Positions 60,915-64,000 of a DNA stretch of 64,000 bases are shown here, piece by piece; the first letter of the stretch is position 1, and each line of letters opens with the position of its first letter. Where the stretch lies: IMG/VR virus record IMGVR_UViG_3300050505_000515; one strand, written 5' to 3'. Made by a program: the position numbers and the translations under genes. The notes under the pieces were generated by a model. It did not search any database and was not told the DNA's origin. It saw nothing but the letters and a program-made list of their open reading frames with translations. The DNA comes from a virus.

Positions 60915-62132
60915 CTATGCGAGCACCACCGAGTCGACGCGACCCGCGCCGCCTGTGCCGCCTGTATTCCCGTTGCCGCCCGCGCCTGCGCCTGCGCCAC
61001 CTGTCCCGCCCGTGCCGCCGCCGCCGCCTGTGCCGCCGTTGGCTTGCACCGTGAGGCCGCCCCCCAGGCTCTTGGTCACGAGCACCACCTCGCCTCCGGA
61101 ACCGCCTCCGGATCCGCCGCCGCCGCCGCCGCCGCCCTGCGCGGCCGAATTGGTGCCGTTCGTGCCCGCGACGCCTACGGTGCCATTGGCGCTGATGCGC
61201 CCTGTCCCAATGAACGCCGGCGCCGCGAGGAAGAGATAGCCGCCGCCGGTCGCGGTCGTGCCATTGCCGCCGGCCCCGCCCGCGCCGCCGCCGCCGCCGC
61301 CATTGCCGCCCCCACCGCCGCCGGCCCCGCCAATGCCGACCACGACGCCAGTGCTCGTGAGCGACGAGAGCTGCAGCGGGTCCCACCGGGCCTGGGCCCA
61401 CTTGTAGCTGTCGAACACGTTGCCGGCAGCTTCCTGCCCACCAGCGCCGCCTGCAGCGCCCACAGCGGCGGTGCCGCCGCCTCCGCCGCCTCCGCCTGCT
61501 CCAGCTCCTCCTTGGAGCGTGTTGCCCGCGCTGAGCGGCGCGGCGCCGCCGCCGCCATTGCCGCCGATCGCGCCGGCGGCGCCGGCCGTGCCGCCCAGCA
61601 CCTGGGCCGGGTTCGCGAAGAGCTGGGTCTGGGTCGCGGCCACCTTGCTTCCGCCGCCCCCGCCAGGAGCTCCGCCAGCGCCGCCGGTTGCGCCCGCGCT
61701 GCCGAGTCCGTCGGCGTTGATGGAGGCGCCGCCGTCGACCTCGATGGAGACGGTGGCGCGGATGATGAGACCGAGGTGCGCGGGCGAGGCCGTCGGCGTG
61801 ACGTTGCCGGTCGCGTGGAAGGTGGTCGCGCGCGTGAGCGGCTGCGTGACGGAAGCCGTCCCGATCGAGACTGGGCCGTCCGCGCCGTCCCCGAACATGG
61901 CCGAGCCCGAGAGCAGGCCGGAGACGATCCCGTCGAGGTTCGACTTGTCGGTGGCCGACATGAACCCCTCGACCGAGGTGGTCGCGAGCGCGTGCAGCGC
62001 GCCGCCGCCGCGGTTGCCGTGCTGAGCATCGGTCGCCAGGATCCCGACTCCGACGCGGGGCGCTGCCGGGCCGCCCGATCCCTGGATCGCGATCGAGCCG
62101 TCCACGTTGGGGGTGGGGTTCGTCTTGATCAT
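60915..62132 (-). CDS. Gly-rich fibre-like virion protein, paralog 2
   Basis: same N-terminal motifs as paralogs 1 and 3. Confidence 0.75.
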   Translation of the reverse strand: MIKTNPTPNVDGSIAIQGSGGPAAPRVGVGILATDAQHGNRGGGALHALATTSVEGFMSATDKSNLDGIVSGLLSGSAMFGDGADGPVSIGTASVTQPLTRATTFHATGNVTPTASPAHLGLIIRATVSIEVDGGASINADGLGSAGATGGAGGAPGGGGGSKVAATQTQLFANPAQVLGGTAGAAGAIGGNGGGGAAPLSAGNTLQGGAGAGGGGGGGGTAAVGAAGGAGGQEAAGNVFDSYKWAQARWDPLQLSSLTSTGVVVGIGGAGGGGGGNGGGGGGAGGAGGNGTTATGGGYLFLAAPAFIGTGRISANGTVGVAGTNGTNSAAQGGGGGGGGSGGGSGGEVVLVTKSLGGGLTVQANGGTGGGGGTGGTGGAGAGAGGNGNTGGTGGAGRVDSVVLA

Positions 62133-63328
62133 GGCAGGACCGTGCTCTCCACGACGCCCGCGCCGCCTGTCCCGCCGAGACCACCCGCTCGCCCCGCGGC
62201 CGCGCCTGCGCCCGCGGTGCCGCCGCTTCCCCCGCTGCCCCCGGCCGCGCCGTTGGCCTGGATGGTGAGGCCTCCGCCGATCGACTTCGCGATCACCTTG
62301 ACGTAGCCGCCGGAGCCGCCGCCCGAGCCGCCGCCGCCGCCGCCGCCGCCCTGCGCGGCCGAGTTCGAGCCGTTCGTGCCGTTGACGCCGACAGTGCCGT
62401 TGGCGCTGATGCGGCCTGTGCCCGTCACCGTCGGAGCTGCGAGGAAGATCCAGCCGCCGCCGTTCGCGGCGCCGCCGTTCGCGCCTGCTCCGCCTGCCCC
62501 ACCGGGGCCGCCTCCAGCGCCGCCGCCGCCGCCTCCAGCGCCGCCGATGCCGGTCGCCATGGTCGTCGAGATGAAGACCCCGATCGTGAGCGGGTCCCAG
62601 CGCATGCGCGCGGTGATGTGGGAGTCGAACGCGCTGCCTGCCGTTTGCAGGCCCCCGTTGCCGCCGTTGTTGCCCGCGAGGACGGTGCCGCCTCCGCCGC
62701 CGCCGCCGCCAGCGCCAGAGCCGCCCTCCATCTGGTTGCCCGTCGAGCCTGGGTTGCCCACGGTGCCTTGCGCGCCCGCGGCGCCGCCCGTGCCGCCGGT
62801 GCCGCCAGTCACCTGAGCCGGGTCCGCGAACATGTTCGTCTGCGACGCGGCCGGGACTGCGCTGGCGTTGGCCCCCGCAGCGCCGCCGGCCGAGCCGCCG
62901 CCGCCGCGCCCGTCGGCGTTAATGGAGGCGCCGCCGTTGATGGTGATCGACGTGGTCGCGCGGATGATGGTGCCGTTTCGGTTGGGCGAGCCCGTCTCCG
63001 GCGTGACGTTGCCTGTCGCCGTGAACGTCGTCGCCTGCGTCACCGGGCGCGTGATCGAAACGGTGCCGAGGGAGATCGCGCCATCGAACCCGAGCCCGAA
63101 GTACGCCGAGCCGCTGACCGTGCCCGCGACGATGCCGTCGAGGTTGGTCTTGTCCGCGGCCGACATGAAGCCGGCGGAGCCGGAGGTCGCGTTCGAGTGG
63201 ATGCCGCCGCCGCCGCGGTTGCCGTGCTGGGCGTCGGTCGCGAGCACGCCCACCTGCGCGATCGTGCCGCCCTCCGAGAGCGCGACAGAGCCGTCAGGAT
63301 TGGGAGTGAGGCGCTCGCCGAGCGGCAT
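62129..63328 (-). CDS. Gly-rich fibre-like virion protein, paralog 3
   Basis: same N-terminal motifs; ATGA coupling to paralog 2. Confidence 0.75.
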   Translation of the reverse strand: MPLGERLTPNPDGSVALSEGGTIAQVGVLATDAQHGNRGGGGIHSNATSGSAGFMSAADKTNLDGIVAGTVSGSAYFGLGFDGAISLGTVSITRPVTQATTFTATGNVTPETGSPNRNGTIIRATTSITINGGASINADGRGGGGSAGGAAGANASAVPAASQTNMFADPAQVTGGTGGTGGAAGAQGTVGNPGSTGNQMEGGSGAGGGGGGGGTVLAGNNGGNGGLQTAGSAFDSHITARMRWDPLTIGVFISTTMATGIGGAGGGGGGAGGGPGGAGGAGANGGAANGGGWIFLAAPTVTGTGRISANGTVGVNGTNGSNSAAQGGGGGGGGSGGGSGGYVKVIAKSIGGGLTIQANGAAGGSGGSGGTAGAGAAAGRAGGLGGTGGAGVVESTVLP

Positions 63329-63343
63329 CTCGGGCCCCTCTCC

Positions 63344-63646
63344 CTACGTGAGCTCCGTGATCCGGGCGCTGCCGGTTGCCACGTCCCAGATGCCGTCGAT
63401 GATGCCGGTGTACACCGGGGAGGGCAGCTCGTAGTAGGCGCCCGGGATGAGCTTCGCCGTGTAGCTCGTGGCCGATGCGGTCGCGCCGAGCTTCACGAAG
63501 AGGTTGTTGGACCCGTCGTTCGTGATCATCGCGCCCTTGCGCGCGGCGTTGGCGGCGAGCAGGGTCACGTTGGCCGCGTTCGAGGCGACGGACGTGGTTA
63601 CGCCCGTGCTCGGAGTCGGAACAGCGGGAGAGGTAACAGAGCTCAT
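63344..63646 (-). CDS. small beta-rich probable virion protein
   Basis: LLAAN.ARKG..I.N.G...L.V.LG...L.PG.YYE...YTG.I.GIW. Confidence 0.65.
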   Translation of the reverse strand: MSSVTSPAVPTPSTGVTTSVASNAANVTLLAANAARKGAMITNDGSNNLFVKLGATASATSYTAKLIPGAYYELPSPVYTGIIDGIWDVATGSARITELT

Positions 63647-63658
63647 GTTGTCATGCTC

Positions 63659-64000
63659 TCACTTGAACTTCACTTGGATCGCCTTCTCGCTCGTCCCATC
63701 CTCGGTGAAGGTGTTCTTGGTCGAGGACACCCCGATGGCGATACCCACTGCGAAGTGCGTCCCCTCGGTCCCGAAGAAGTCGGTCCCGATCACGTGCTCC
63801 GCGTCGGCGCTGCCGCTGGCGGGAGGCAGGACGAAGACGAGCAGCGGCACGTCCGTGTTCACCGGCGCCGACGCCTTGTCAAAGAGCTGGATGTAGCGCT
63901 TGGTCGTCCCGTCCTGGGACACCGAGCACGCGAAGACGTTGCCCGGGGAGCCCTTGACCAAGATCGAGCCGTCGGTGCCGAAATTCGTGACGAGCGAGGC
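63659..64000 (-). CDS. beta-rich probable virion protein (5' end beyond window)
   Basis: frame open to 64000; VKGSPG...YIQLFD...P...G..F..GI.IG.SST. Confidence 0.6.
   Translation of the reverse strand, partial: ASLVTNFGTDGSILVKGSPGNVFACSVSQDGTTKRYIQLFDKASAPVNTDVPLLVFVLPPASGSADAEHVIGTDFFGTEGTHFAVGIAIGVSSTKNTFTEDGTSEKAIQVKFK

Noticed and set aside
58870-63328. PE-PGRS genes or DGR target repeats
   Set aside because: No PE domain and no reverse transcriptase or template/variable repeat pair; Gly codon runs explain the repeats.
467-63896. Long overlapping alternative-frame and antisense ORFs in the track (e.g. 476-1567, 522-2093, 10451-12019, 15877-18198, 27809-29839)
   Set aside because: Arg/Pro/Ala-rich shadow ORFs expected at this GC content; they overlap genes with clear motifs.
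1-64000. Genome-wide TAG or TGA reassignment
   Set aside because: TAG at 39504, 42661 and 45420 is followed closely by the next start, TGA ends dozens of coupled genes, and long conserved ORFs are uninterrupted.

Overview
Very GC-rich (about 70% by eye), densely packed window with many ATGA/GTGA start-stop overlaps and no host housekeeping operons. It reads as part of a large bacteriophage or virus-like genome. Myxobacterial-style Cys-rich lipoproteins, a myxobacterial-type membrane protein and a stand-alone receiver domain suggest a Myxococcota host (inference). No capsid, portal or terminase is recognisable here. DNA metabolism genes: UvrD/PcrA helicase, SNF2 helicase, HerA-like ATPase, Rad50/SbcC-like ATPase, a beta-clamp-like protein and a 1188-aa tyrosine recombinase. 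Putative DNA-modification or anti-restriction genes: a Mom-like protein, three PAPS-reductase/PP-loop paralogs, an NPPF methyltransferase, a MazG-like protein and a possible SAM lyase. A RavA/ViaA-like AAA-VWA pair sits in one of two divergent blocks of small early-type ORFs, which are separated by a symmetric control region at about 38.3-38.5 kb. The right end holds wall-degrading and membrane proteins, peptide deformylase, a phosphatase, a receiver protein and three Gly-rich fibre paralogs. Three signals are invisible to the ORF track. (1) A gene at 49438-49713 has an in-frame TGA followed by a bacterial SECIS-like hairpin with the fdhF-type GGUC loop, a candidate phage selenoprotein. (2) A circularly permuted tRNA-like RNA lies at 9246-9399 (minus), either a YrlA-type Y RNA or a permuted tRNA, with no Ro60 gene in the window. 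(3) A dif-like 11-6-11 site with extra arm repeats lies at 38384-38453. All family calls come from motif recognition by eye, not database searches.
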